From: Octopus vulgaris
Lineage: Eukaryota
Length of the DNA: 64,000 nucleotides
Reading direction: 5' to 3'
Assembly (NCBI GenBank): GCA_951406725.2
Contig: OX597827.1
Coordinates: 45,570,001-45,634,000, forward strand
This document shows, piece by piece, positions 14,409 through 27,167 of the stretch; within the stretch, counting starts at the first letter, position 1, and every line of letters begins with the position of its first letter. The notes under the pieces are model-generated. The model did not search any database. It worked only from the letters and a program-made list of their open reading frames with translations, and was not told where the DNA came from. The position numbers and the translations under genes were made by a program.

Positions 14409-15330
14409 AATATGTTGTAATCTTTTGTGCCCAATATTTTAATGAACTTGTTAAACTTTATGTTCTTAACATGTTCTTGTTACCAAAGAATGTATATATG
14501 TATTGTAGCATTTTGTGACAACCAATATTTTGTGCATGTATATATATACAGATACAATACCAATATTCATTGAACTTTTTAATAATTCCTTCTGGAAACT
14601 ATCTTTAACATTTTCTTGAGAATGTATATATATGTTGTAATCTTTTGTGCCCAATATTTTAATGAACTTGTTAAACTTTTTTATGTTCTTAACATGTTCT
14701 TGTTACCAAAGAATGTATATATGTATCGTAGCATTTTGTGACAACCAATAATTAACACAACAAAACTTTTACATGTTACTTTTGACAATCTTTTTCTATA
14801 AAGTGAAGCAGGTAAAGTAAATAAGCATCTTTTAAAAGTGCATTTTCAAACCTTCTTTCATATATATATATAGTCAAGCAATATATTACTGATTATGGCA
14901 TAAGACTAACCAGATAGTCTGAATGCTATTAGACAAGACTGACAATCCGTCAGGCATGCTGGTGGGAAGAGCACGACCTCTTTAGCACTGGAGGTACATA
15001 GGCTCTATTGGTTCGATGATGGCAGAAGAATAGAACGAAATTTGGGGTAAAATACTATTGGGAAGAAAGGAAACGTTATTTCCCATGGATTGGTGTTTGC
15101 CAGGTGTGAATTGTGTAAGCTGTACTTGTATCGTTCTCCAGTTATAAAACGGGTATGGCCACGTTACTCATACAAACTTGTACTCTTGAGCGCAACGTCC
15201 GATTAACTCACTTTATCGAGTTCAGAAAAGTGCCGGATCATATGAATTTTTAATGATTCCCTTTAGCACAAAGGATATAATGAGATTAAAGCGATCGAAT
15301 GATTCAAATCTACCATCCACTGTATTATTA

Positions 15331-15401
<71 letters not shown>

Positions 15402-15956
15402 GAGTGAGAGAGCAGTTCATGCCATCAAAGTGACACTGGGGTAAAATATACGAAGCCCAATATACCCATCATGACTACCCGTCTGATAAGGGTACACCAG
15501 GCACATGCATCACAACCATATGTGTGCGACATGGTGATCTCATATGAAGATAAACAGCACATGACCTTGCAGGTGGGGCCCAGTTAGAATTTTCTTCCGG
15601 TCGAGTAGCTCATTCCGCTCAAAAGGTCCCTGAATAAGGGTTGTTTAAGGATGTTGAAAGAACCACCCATGTTTCCAGAGGTGAATTATTCAAACCCCAA
15701 AGAATCCCTCTTAACACATGGCTATGATGTTCCCCCACTACTTCTGCTCGTGATCAGAGATGCACATATCGTCAGCCACTAAGGGACATGCTCAACTGGT
15801 TAAGGTCAAACAACGGACAAGCAAATCTGTGGTATTGGGCAGCATATTTGCTGTAGCCCATCTTTTATACCAAGACAAAACAATGTACATGATAATACTT
15901 CCAATCAATTAAGATCAGAAGCCATGAGTGCCACTGCCTGGTACTGCATCAGGGCA
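15402..15956 (-). mobile_element. ~555-bp non-coding (TAA)n-associated retroposon
   Basis: Constant 3' end ...CTCTCTCACTC followed by (AAT)n, with variable 5' truncation. Copies at 19475-20020(+), 22821-23353(+), 29481-29852(+) and 33082-33477(-). Confidence 0.7.
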
Positions 15957-16029
15957 TTATTATTATTGTTGTTGTTGTTGTTGCTGTTGTTGTTGCTGTT
16001 GTTGTTGCTGCTGTTGTTGCTGCTGTTGC

Positions 16030-16070
<41 letters not shown>

Positions 16071-16290
16071 CTGCTGCTGCTGCTGTTGTTCTTGTTGTTG
16101 CTGCTGCTGCTGTTGTTGTAGTTGTTGTTGTTGCTGCTGCCGCTGTTGTTGCTGTTGTTATTGTTGTTGTTGTTGTTGCTGCTGTTGTTGCTGTTGGTGC
16201 TGTTGTTGTTGTTGTTGTTGTTGCAGTGGGTTGCTGCTGCTGCTGCTGTTGTTGTTGTTGTTGTTATTGTTGTTGTTGTTGTTGTTGTTG

Positions 16291-16360
<70 letters not shown>

Positions 16361-16364
16361 TATT

Positions 16365-17375
16365 ATTATTAGCTAGAAGAATCGTTAGCACGCCTAGCAA
16401 AATGGTTAGCAATGCTTCTGGCTCTTTGCATTCTAAGTTCGAATTCCGTCGAGATCGACTTAGCCTTTCATTCTTTCGGAATCGATAGAACAAGTATCAG
16501 TTGATAATAATATCAGTTAATAATAATAAATCTCTTTGTTGTTAATAGTAGATTTCATTATTGTTAATTGTAAAAGGTGTCACAGTATGAAGATGATGAA
16601 GGAACATTAGGAAAACAGGAAGAGATACACAAAGGACGTGGGCCCCACTCATCCCTCGCCAATTATATGGGGACGGGGCTACGAGACGCTTTTGATGCCT
16701 GTTGATGCAGCAAAGTAACAACTGTTGGAATGTCTCACTGATGTCGCTGCAATGTAGATTGAAATCGATGATGCTTGATAGAGGAGAGGAGGGGGTGTAG
16801 ATTAGTCGGTGGTGGGCGAGGGTGGATGATCGTTTGATCGAGTTTCAGTGAAGATATTGTGGCGATGGAGGTGAAGATAGAGGGCGTGTCTGTCTGTATA
16901 TATCTGTGACTGTGTGTTGCTTCTGTTTATAGTTGTATTTGTGGAGCGAGGTGGTGTGGGTATGTGTGTGTATAGGGCTGTGGGTGGTGTTGGTGGTGGT
17001 TGTGGGGGTGGGGTAGGAGTAGGTGTAGTGTCAGAGATTGTTGTAAAGTTTTCGATGTTGGAAACGGTATTGGTGGTGGTTGTGGTAGTGATTGATAGTG
17101 GTAGTAAAGCTAAAACTTGTGATGGCTATAGTATTGGTAGTAGTTGTACACCATGTGGTACTTGTAGAGTTAGCTGTGATGATGGTGGTAGTTGTACTTA
17201 TAACAATAGTTGCGAGTAACTTAGTGGTGGTGGCAGTGGTAGTGTTGGTGCTAGTAATGATTGTAGTGGTAAGGATTGTAGTGGTTGTGCTCTTAGTGGT
17301 GGTGGTGGTGGCGGCGGCGGCTCGGTGGCGGCGGCTCGGTGGCGGCGGCTTGGTGGCGGCGGCATTGGTGGTGGA
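16365..17375 (-). repeat. Inverted partial copy of the duplication unit
   Basis: Reverse complement of ~18530-19475 and of the homologous segments near 28800-29360. Confidence 0.85.
16694..16751. other. Conserved non-coding element, copy 4 (- orientation)
   Basis: GATGCCTGTTGATGCAGCAAAGTAACAACTGTTGGAATGTCTCACTGATGTCGCTGCA. Confidence 0.7.
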
Positions 17376-17446
17376 TATGTGTATAGGTACAGACAGATAG
17401 ACAGCTTGATGTTAAATACCTGCGTTTAACTCCAATGTGTGTGTGC

Positions 17447-17496
<50 letters not shown>

Positions 17497-17797
17497 GCAA
17501 ATATATTTATGTACATCTCTCTCCCTCCCTCTCTCTTTATATATGTGTGTGTGAGTGTGTTTGTATGTTTATGTATCTATTTTTCTGTTTGTCCGTCTAT
17601 CTATCTATCTATCTATCTATTTATCTATCTATCTATATATCTATCAATCTATCTATCTGTCTGTCAGTCTGTCTGCCTGCCTGCCTATCTGCCTGTCTGC
17701 CTGTCTGTCTACATATATGTATGCATGTATGTGTGTGTGTATGTGTGCGTGTGTTATATATATAGATGGAGTTAAACGCAGGTGTTAAATCTTTTTA

Positions 17798-17886
17798 CTT
17801 CCGACATATGTTTCAAAGAAAACATTGGTATTATTCCAGAAGAAATAAAATTGTGTAAAACAATGCAATCTTCTCATCAGCGAAAG
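17798..17886 (-). ncRNA. Type I hammerhead ribozyme-like motif in a Penelope pLTR fragment
   Basis: Minus strand reads CTTTCG-CTGATGA-(stem II)-GAAA-CATATG-TC-GGAAG, with a palindromic stem III. Paralogs at ~22071-22158 (core CTAATGA) and ~28597-28685 (CCAATGA) are mutated. Confidence 0.6.
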
Positions 17887-19116
17887 AAAGAAAGAGGTAT
17901 TGTTTTATAGTCGTATTTGTTTGTTTGTTTGCCCATGGACAAGATATATCAAGAACCGCTGGAGGGATTCGAATGAAACTTTCAGGGATGTTTGGCCTTG
18001 TGACTGGCATGAACTGATTAGATTTGGGGATTGATCCGGTACCGGACAAGGATTATGGATTATTTGTTATATTTACTTTACATGAAGTATTATGGTCTTA
18101 CGTTAACTTTCAGGTCTTTCTCTGATTATCTCCCTTGAAAGCACGCTCATGATTTCCACGTAAGTTATGGCGGCGTTGCTGTTTCCAAAGTTTTATTTTC
18201 GTTTCTTTATTATTAATTTTACTCGCGTCTCTATCTTAGTAGAAACTGTTGGATAAAGAAATCAAACTGCAAAAATAACCGGCAGCAAAACCATTCAGAA
18301 ATTAAATAATACTTACATATTCAGTAACAATAATGAAGTTAATTTATCCTTGACAATTTTTAGTTTTACTAATTTTGAATATATCGCTCCTGTTTAAAAC
18401 CTCTTGCCTACTTGACAATTGCATAATCACACTACCACCATCACGACCTTCACCACAGCTACAGCTACTAAAACAGCCATCGTAGCCAACATTACCACCA
18501 CCACCACCACCACCACCACCACCACCACCACAACCGCCACCACCACCGCCGCCGCCACCGAGCCGCCGCCGCTACCACCACCACTAACAACACAACCACT
18601 ACAACCACCAGCACTACCATCATTACTAGCACCAACACTACCACTGCCACCACCACTAAGTTACTCACAACTAGTGTTATAAGTACAACTACCACCATCA
18701 CCATAGCTAACTTTATTTGCACCACATGGTGTACAACTACTACCAACACTATAGCCATCACAAGTGTTAGCTTTACTATCAAGCACAACCACCACCAATA
18801 CCGTTTCCAACGTCGAAAACTTTACAACATTCTCTGACGCTACACCCACCTCACCCCACCTCCACAATCCCACGACACAACAACTACCACCACCACAACC
18901 CTCAGCCCTATACACACACATACCCACACGACCTCGCTCCACAAATACAACTATAAACAGAAGCAACACACAGTCACGGATATATACAGACAGACACGAC
19001 CTCCATCGCCACAATATCTTCACTGAACCTCGATCAAACGATTCACCACCCTCGCCCACCACCGACTAATCTGCACTCCCTTCCGTCTTTCAAGCATCAT
19101 CGATTTCAATCTACAT

Positions 19117-19174
19117 TGCAGCGACATCAGTGAGACATTCCAACAGTTGTTACTTTGCTGCATCAACAGGCATC
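19117..19174. other. Conserved non-coding element, copy 5 (+ orientation)
   Basis: Same motif. Confidence 0.7.
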
Positions 19175-20020
19175 AAAAGCGTCTCGTAGCCCCGACCCCA
19201 TATAATTGGTGAGGGATGAGTGGAGCCCACATCCTTTGTGTATCTCTTCCTGTTTTCCTAATGTTCCTTCATCATCATCATACTGTGCCACCTTTTACAA
19301 TTAACAATAATGAAATCTACTATTAACAACAAAGAGATTTATTATTATTAACTGATATATCAACTGATACTTGTTTTATCAAATCCCGAACGAATGAAAG
19401 GCTTAGTCGATCTCGACGGAATTCGAAATTAGAACTCAAAGAGCCAGAAGAATTGCTAACCATTTTGCTAGGCGTGCCCTGTTGCCGTACCAGGCAGTGG
19501 CTCTCTTGACTTCTGATCTTAACTGATTGGAAGTGTTATCATGTACATTGTTTTGTCTTGGTATAAAAGATGGGCTACAGCAAATATTCTGCTCAATATC
19601 ACAGATTTGCTTGTCATTTGCTTGACCAGTTGACCAGTTGAGCATGTCGCTTAGTGGCTGACGATATGTGCATCTCTGATCACAAGCAGAAGTATTGGGG
19701 GAGCATCATAGCCAAGTGTTGAGAGGAATTCTTTGGGGTTTGGTTAATTCACCTTTGGAAGCATGGGTTCATCCTTAAACAACCCTTATTCAGGGACATC
19801 TTGAGCGGGATAAGCTACTCAACCTGAAGAAAATTCTAACTGGGCCCACCTGCAAAGTCATGTACTGTTTATCTTGTTATGAAATCACCATGTCGCGCAC
19901 ACATGGTTGTGATGCGTGTGCCTAGTATATCCTTATCAGACGGGTAGTCATGATGGGTATACTGGGCTTCGTATATTTTACCCCAGTGTCCCTTTGATGG
20001 CATGCGCTGCTCTCTCACTC

Positions 20021-20119
<99 letters not shown>

Positions 20120-20470
20120 CCTTTCTACTGAAGCCAGAATGGCTTGAAATTTTTTGGGGAAGGGGACTAGTCCATTGCATTGACCCCAGTTTTTCACTGG
20201 TACTTAAGTTACCGACTTCGAAAAGATGAAAGGTAAAGTCGACCACAGAATGACGAAGTGCCATCTGAGGCGCTCTTTTAATTTAAGAATTTAAATAAAA
20301 AAAACGGCGTGGCAGATGCATTTCCAGCTGGATACGACGCCTGTCTAATGCTTTGCAGAGAGCAATCTCAAATCATTCGTAGCGTGATCGATTGCTTTAT
20401 ATAATAAGCCTAGGAGAATGAAGTTTATTGACCACATTAGACAGTAGAAAAGTGTGGGAGTGTGTGTTAG

Positions 20471-20501
<31 letters not shown>

Positions 20502-20596
20502 CTGTGTGTGTGCTTGAGGATGTGTGTATAGGTACAGACAGATAGACAACTTGATGTTAAATACCTGCGTTTAACTCCAATGTGTGTGTGCGTATA

Positions 20597-21604
20597 TCTA
20601 TATATATATAAAACTGAGAATGTGTGTCTGTCTGTCTGTGTGTTTCCCTAAAACTTGAGAACTACACAACCAATTTCATTCAAATTTTACACATGCCTTA
20701 CTTAGGGTCCATGTAGTTTCATGGGCTAAAAAATGTTCAACTTCTTGCCTAGAGCAATATCATATCTTCTCCACTATTTCAGTATTATGTGTTAAAAGTG
20801 AAAAAAATAACATTTCTCTATTTTATGTCAGATACTTTCACTTTAACAATAAAAATAATAATAACAATTGAATTATATGTGGTAAGTAATAATTAAAATC
20901 AAACTAAAGTATAATATAATCGTAACATAACAAAAGTAAAAATAGCAATTGGTATAAAATTGCATCAATGACTTGAACTTGAATAAGTGGTTTCACATGA
21001 ATGGGAATAAATTAAAAATAAAATTAGCGTGCAGAAATGGAATAGTCCAGATGGATAATAACAAATTAAATTAAAGAAAAGACTATTGCCTATAAAGTAT
21101 ACAATGTAGAGAAAAAAGATTTGAACACCTGGAGGAAAGCACCATCGAAAAGTGTCATGGTGCGACTATGAAAGATATCTAACCAGAGGCAGTAAATTCG
21201 CCACAATATAAGCAAGGTTCGAGTCAACGGAGCGTGCAAGGGAGTACTCGACTCGAACTTGCAAAGTGGAAATATTTAATTTTTACCTTTATAACTGGGA
21301 CGTAGGACGCCCCGGATAAAATTTTAAAATGCCCCCCTCCCATAGTAGTACAGGTAGGCTAGATTGTAGCCACACTTCTATACAAGAGGGAGGACAAGAT
21401 ATAATTGATCGAAATTGCAAGAGACGGGCTTATAATTCCAGTCTGTTATATATTTTGAGTATTGTTATCACTAGCGATATCAAGATATAACTTTGTATTT
21501 TGTATTTTATGTGTAGATGTATATATATATAGATGTACACATATATATACACATATATACATGCACTAGCACTATGGCCCGGCAACGACGGGTCATAATG
21601 CTAG
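20597..21604 (+). mobile_element. Non-autonomous Helitron
   Basis: A|TC...CTAG|T ends, (GTCT)n near the 5' end and a GC-rich 3' hairpin. Absent from the paralogous site at ~17447. Confidence 0.8.
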
Positions 21605-21738
21605 TATATATATATATATATATATATATATACTCATGCAAATATATATATGTACATCTCTCTCCCTCCATCTCTCTTTATATATGTGTGTGTGTGAGTG
21701 TGTATGTATGTTTATGTATCTATCTTTCTGTTTATCCG

Positions 21739-21857
<119 letters not shown>

Positions 21858-21863
21858 GTCTAT

Positions 21864-21933
<70 letters not shown>

Positions 21934-21992
21934 GTCTGTCAGTCTATCTGCCTGACTGTCTGTCTATCTGTCTACATATATGTATGTATGTG

Positions 21993-22039
<47 letters not shown>

Positions 22040-22449
22040 TGGAGTTAAACGCAGGTGTTAAATCTTTTTACTTCCGACATATGTTTCGAAGAAAACATTG
22101 GTATTAGTTCAGAAGAAATAAAATGATGTAAAACAATGCAATCTTCTCATTAGGGAAAGAAAGAAACCAAACACATCAATAAGACATTTTTCTAGTGGAG
22201 AGATATAGAGCGATAGGTGAATAAAGATAAAACCTACAGGCTTGGAAGTCGATATATTTAATGTAAGTGAAATATAATAGAAGCAACACAGTCACGGATA
22301 TATACAGACAGACACGCCCTCCATCTTCACCTCCATCGCCACAATATCTTCACTGAACTTCGATCAAACGATCCACCACCCTCGCCCACCACCGACTAAT
22401 CTACACCCTCTCCTCTCCTCTATCAAACATCATCGATTTCAATCTACAT

Positions 22450-22507
22450 TGCAGCGACATCAGTGAGACATTCCAACAGTTGTTACTTTGCTGCATCAAC
22501 AGGCATC
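22450..22507. other. Conserved non-coding element, copy 6 (+ orientation)
   Basis: Same motif. Confidence 0.7.
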
Positions 22508-23353
22508 AAAAACGTCTCGTAGCCCCGACCCCCCTGTTTTGGTATTGTCGTTAATTGGTGAGGGATGAGGGGAGCCCACGTCCTTTGTATATCTCTTCCT
22601 GTTTTCCTAATGTTCTTTCATCATCTTCATACTGTGACACCTTTTACAATTAACAATAATGAAATCTACTTTTAACAACAAAGATTTATTATTATTAACA
22701 GATATATCAACTGATACTTGTTTTATCGATCCCGAAAGAATGAAAGGCTAAGTCGATCTCGACGAAATTTGAAATTAGAACGCAAAGAGCCAGACGAATT
22801 GCTAACCATTTTGCTAGGCGTGTCCTGATGCATTACCAGGCAGTGGCTCTCTCGACTTCTGATCTTAACTGATTGGAAGTGTTATCATGTACATTGTTTT
22901 GTCTTGGTATAAAAAAAGGCCAAAGCAAATATTCTGCTCAATACCACAGTTGCTTGACCAGCTGACCAGTTGAGCATGTCGCTTAGTGGCTGACGATATG
23001 TGCATCTCTGATCACAAGCAGAAGTATTGGGAGAGCATCATAGCCATGTGTTGAGAGGAATTCTTTGGGGTTTGGTTAATTCACCTTTGGAAGCATGGGT
23101 TCATCCTTAAACAACTCTTATTCAGGGACATCTTGAGCGGGATAAGCTACTCAACCTGAAGAAATTTCTAACTGGGCCCCACCTGCAAAGTCATGTACTG
23201 TTTATCTTGTTATGAAATCACCATGTCGCGCACACATGGTTGTGATGCATGTGCCTGGTATATCCTTATCAGACGGGTAGTCATGATGGGTATACTGGGC
23301 TTCGTATATTTTACCCCAGTGTCCCTTTGATGGCATGCGCTACTCTCTCACTC

Positions 23354-23427
<74 letters not shown>

Positions 23428-23461
23428 TAATAATAATAATAATAATAATAATGATAATAAT

Positions 23462-23527
<66 letters not shown>

Positions 23528-23875
23528 CCTTTCTACTGAAGCCAGAAGGGCTTGACATTTTTGGAGGAAGGGGACTAGTCAATTGCATTGACCCCAGTTT
23601 TTCACTGGTACTTAAGTTAACGACTTCGAAAAGATGAAACGTAAAGTCGACCACAGAATGACGAAGTGCCATCTGAGGCGGTCTTTTAATTTAAGAATTT
23701 AAATAAAAAATGGCATGGCAGATGCATTTCTAGCTGGATACGACGCCTGTCTAATGCCTTGCAGAGAACAATCTCAAATTATTCTTAGCGTGATCGATTG
23801 CTTTATATAATAAGCCTAGGAGAATGAAGTGTATTGACCACATTAGACAGTAGAAAATTGTGGGAGTGTGAAATA

Positions 23876-23936
<61 letters not shown>

Positions 23937-24052
23937 CGTGATCTCCGTGACCGACCAGACCATCAGATGTTGCTACACATCGCTGGTCACAATGCGTTCG
24001 CATTGTTTTAGCCTTCGAATGACGCCACCCCGCTGGCTAAGCGAGCAGGCCA

Positions 24053-24121
<69 letters not shown>

Positions 24122-24184
24122 TGAGTGTATTTTACCTTGTTAACAATTAACACGGATAAATGAATGGTTACCAGGGCTCGTTCT

Positions 24185-24993
24185 ATAGGATTAATAGACG
24201 AATAAAAATTGGAAATATCAAACTGGATAAACTTCGTACTCACCTTACTGTTAATAGACCTAAACCAGTCAACTACGTCAAATGAATTAGTCCATAAACT
24301 AAGTTTTAACGTTTTGATTAGATTAGGAATATATTTGTCTAGTATATTTTTACTAAGGATACCGATGTCAGAGCTAGAAGGGCAGATAAGCCTTAATGAT
24401 GGGTTAGTAAAAAAATTTTGTTTGTGATCCTTCAAAATAAACCTAGGTTGCTTAGGAACAAGTGGTTCTGTCTTCGTTTGTAGGTTATATTTCTCCATGA
24501 TTTTCATAGCCTCGATGTTGGCTTTCTTAAGTATTCTTTTATCAGCAATTTTATACTTTTTCTGAATTTCTTTTTCAAGTAATTCCAAATAATAGTCTTT
24601 ATAAAGTTTGTACAGATTACCAGTCTTATCAGATTGAACCAACATAGTATCCATAGAATTGATTTCTTTGGTGATGTTGCGAAGATACCTCAGATGTTTA
24701 TTTCTTAGTGGTGACCGTTGAAATTTTACATTTCTCACAATGGACCAGAGATCATCTTCAAATTGCTTCAACCTTGGGTTAGGCGGCGGACTATTTTTAG
24801 ATTTAAATAACTTGCTGAACTCAGATGTTTTATCATTAGTGTGTTGTTGAGTGTCATTTTTGTCAAAGAAAAAGGTAAGCCATCTTATTCGGTTGATGAA
24901 TGAATTAATCTTATTGACAAGTTGTTTAAGGAAAACATTCTTAGGTGGAATAGGAATGTCCTTAAGAGATGCGTTAATATTCAATAACTCCAT
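24185..24993 (-). CDS. Penelope-like RT, N-terminal fragment (truncated after RT motif A)
   Basis: SLKDIPIP, INRIRWLTFFF, QSDKTGNLY, LKDHKQNF..NPSLRLICP, WTNSFDVVDWF and FIQFDISNFYSSI are typical PLE RT motifs. The ORF then runs into repeat and TA sequence. Confidence 0.85.
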
Positions 24994-25240
24994 ATGCTGT
25001 AACTATTCAGTTAGCAGGTTATTAATAAACCTGATTAAAGTATTATAAATAGATGAGTGTATTTTACCTTGTTAACAATTAACACGGATAAATGAATGAA
25101 TAGTTACCAGGGCAGCAAAATCTCACAAGTAAAGATGTTGTAACTCCTTGTTTATAAAGGTTGAAACTTTGTGTTTACGTTGAATATTTGAATAATAGGA
25201 ATAAAAATGGAGTCAACGCAGGTTTAAACAAGTATTTTTT

Positions 25241-25325
25241 CTTTCTACATATGTTTCAAAAATTCCACTGATACTTATTCAAAAGAATAAAAGGTATAAA
25301 CAATGCAATCTTCTCTTCGGGAAAG
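25241..25325 (-). ncRNA. Hammerhead ribozyme-like motif, left pLTR
   Basis: Mirror image of 26871-26955. Confidence 0.65.
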
Positions 25326-25610
25326 TGAAAAAACGAAACTTGTCAATACGACATTTTAGCAAAAAATGATGGATTCGTATAGCGATAGACAGAACGCTAT
25401 TAATATTGTTTAAAAAAACGTTATATGATATAACGTCATAAGTAGCTAACAGAAAGAGTAGGGATATTAATAGTGAATGTTAAATATAAAGGAAATTAAA
25501 GTCTAAACTATATATAATGATAGAGACTACTTATATGCACTAAAAGTATGTTTTTGCCAATGCTTACATCTGTATGCTCGTTCTATAACCGTGTTTACTA
25601 GAGTATTTTT

Positions 25611-26669
25611 AGCAAATTTAGTAATCATCCTGGAGCAATTACTAAGAATTCAGTTAAGAATATTTCATTTAGATTATCTAAATTATCTGCTAATGTTGAT
25701 ATTTTCAATAATAACGCTGAATTCTATAACTCTGCCTTAATCAAAGCAGGTTATACAGAAAAAATTTTCTACATTGATTCTGCTCAGTCTAATTGTAAAT
25801 TCAATAATGTAGATAAGATTTCTAGTCGTAAAAGAATTATTGATAACAAACATAACTTACGCACCGATACAAAGCGAATGAAGGCAGATAACCCTTATTT
25901 ATTCCCCTATTACCGATCTAAAAGTAAATATAACACCTTCAAAAGTAATTACGCTATGAATACTAGTAAAAATATTTGGTTAATAATTCCTTACTGGAGA
26001 CAAATTAAATCTAATCTCCCACTGCTGTTTCGTCAAGCTATTGCTAGGAATTTTCCAAATAATTCTAAATATTACTCTATAATTAATTCACATAAGGTTA
26101 GGATAGGTTTTTCAAACACAAAAAATCTCTTGCAAATTATATCTTCTCATAATAACAAACTGTTAAATATTAATACATTTACTAATACTAACATTAATTT
26201 AGCTACTACCATCCAACCCTCTAGAAATATTAATAACAAGGTTATTGTATCTGAAGTCAATCCCAATAGAATTAAATTTATGTCAAATAACTCTAAGATT
26301 AAAAATTCTATATACCAGTGTATAATCAGTACTCGTAATAAAGTACGATTTTACATTGGAAGCACATCGTTAGAGTTATCTAAGAGAATTTCTATCCATT
26401 ACTCAACATTTAGGGATAGAAATAAACGGAATAGTACCGGTCTCAGCAAACTGATTTGGAATTTAAAAGACCACAATGAACAATTTCATTTGGAATGGTT
26501 GATCCTCTCAATTTCGATACCATATGACAAAGGCAAGAAATTCTGTCTTCTCTGCAATTCTGAGCTATTTTTCATTATTTTTTCTAAAAATACTCTAGTA
26601 AACACGGTTATAGAACGAGCATACAGATGTAAGCATTGGCAAAAACATACTTTTAGTGCATATAAGTAG
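25611..26669 (+). CDS. Penelope-like RT thumb plus GIY-YIG endonuclease (5'-truncated, open frame)
   Basis: The frame is open from 25611: SNHPGAITKN..RLSKLS..FYNSALIKAGY, then NSIYQC..FYIGST..RISIH..CLLCNSE..RCKHWQK*. Confidence 0.9.
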   Translation, partial: SKFSNHPGAITKNSVKNISFRLSKLSANVDIFNNNAEFYNSALIKAGYTEKIFYIDSAQSNCKFNNVDKISSRKRIIDNKHNLRTDTKRMKADNPYLFPYYRSKSKYNTFKSNYAMNTSKNIWLIIPYWRQIKSNLPLLFRQAIARNFPNNSKYYSIINSHKVRIGFSNTKNLLQIISSHNNKLLNINTFTNTNINLATTIQPSRNINNKVIVSEVNPNRIKFMSNNSKIKNSIYQCIISTRNKVRFYIGSTSLELSKRISIHYSTFRDRNKRNSTGLSKLIWNLKDHNEQFHLEWLILSISIPYDKGKKFCLLCNSELFFIIFSKNTLVNTVIERAYRCKHWQKHTFSAYK

Positions 26670-26870
26670 TCTCTATCATTATATATAGTTTAGACTTTAA
26701 TTTCCTTTATATTTAACATTCACTATTAATATCCCTACTCTTTCTGTTAGCTACTTATGACGTTATATCATATAACGTTTTTTTAAACAATATTAATAGC
26801 GTTCTGTCTATCGCTATACGAATCCATCATTTTTTGCTAAAATGTCGTATTGACAAGTTTCGTTTTTTCA

Positions 26871-26955
26871 CTTTCCCGAAGAGAAGATTGCATTGTTTAT
26901 ACCTTTTATTCTTTTGAATAAGTATCAGTGGGATTTTTGAAACATATGTAGAAAG
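26871..26955 (+). ncRNA. Hammerhead ribozyme-like motif, right pLTR (U4C core variant)
   Basis: CTTTC-CCGAAGA-GAAGATTGCATTG...CAGTGGGATTTTT-GAAA-CATATG-TA-GAAAG: stems I and II, palindromic stem III and a GUA site. Confidence 0.65.
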
Positions 26956-26994
26956 AAAAGATACTTGTTTAAACCTGCGTTGACTCCATTTTTT

Positions 26995-27063
<69 letters not shown>

Positions 27064-27167
27064 ACTGTTTGTGTGTGTGTGTGTGCTTGAGGATGTGTGT
27101 ATAGGTACAGACAGATAGACAACTTGATGTTAAATACCTGCGTTTAACTCCAATGTGTGTGTGCGCA

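Larger units (their letters stand above)
6190..15400 (+). repeat. Three-copy tandem duplication of a ~3.0-3.2 kb unit (approx. 6190-9170, 9175-12340, 12341-15400)
   Basis: Identical landmarks recur: ACTAAGTTACTCACAAC at ~6619/10018/13128, the core motif at 7105/10503/13610 and TAGTCAAGCAATATATT at ~7773/11356/14871. Confidence 0.9.
24118..26995. mobile_element. Penelope-like retroelement (rearranged, inverted pLTRs) inserted in (TA)n
   Basis: ~406-bp inverted repeat 25207-25612 / 26584-26991. RT N-terminal half on -, thumb plus GIY-YIG on +. TA tracts on both sides; empty paralogous site at ~20470-20500. Confidence 0.9.
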
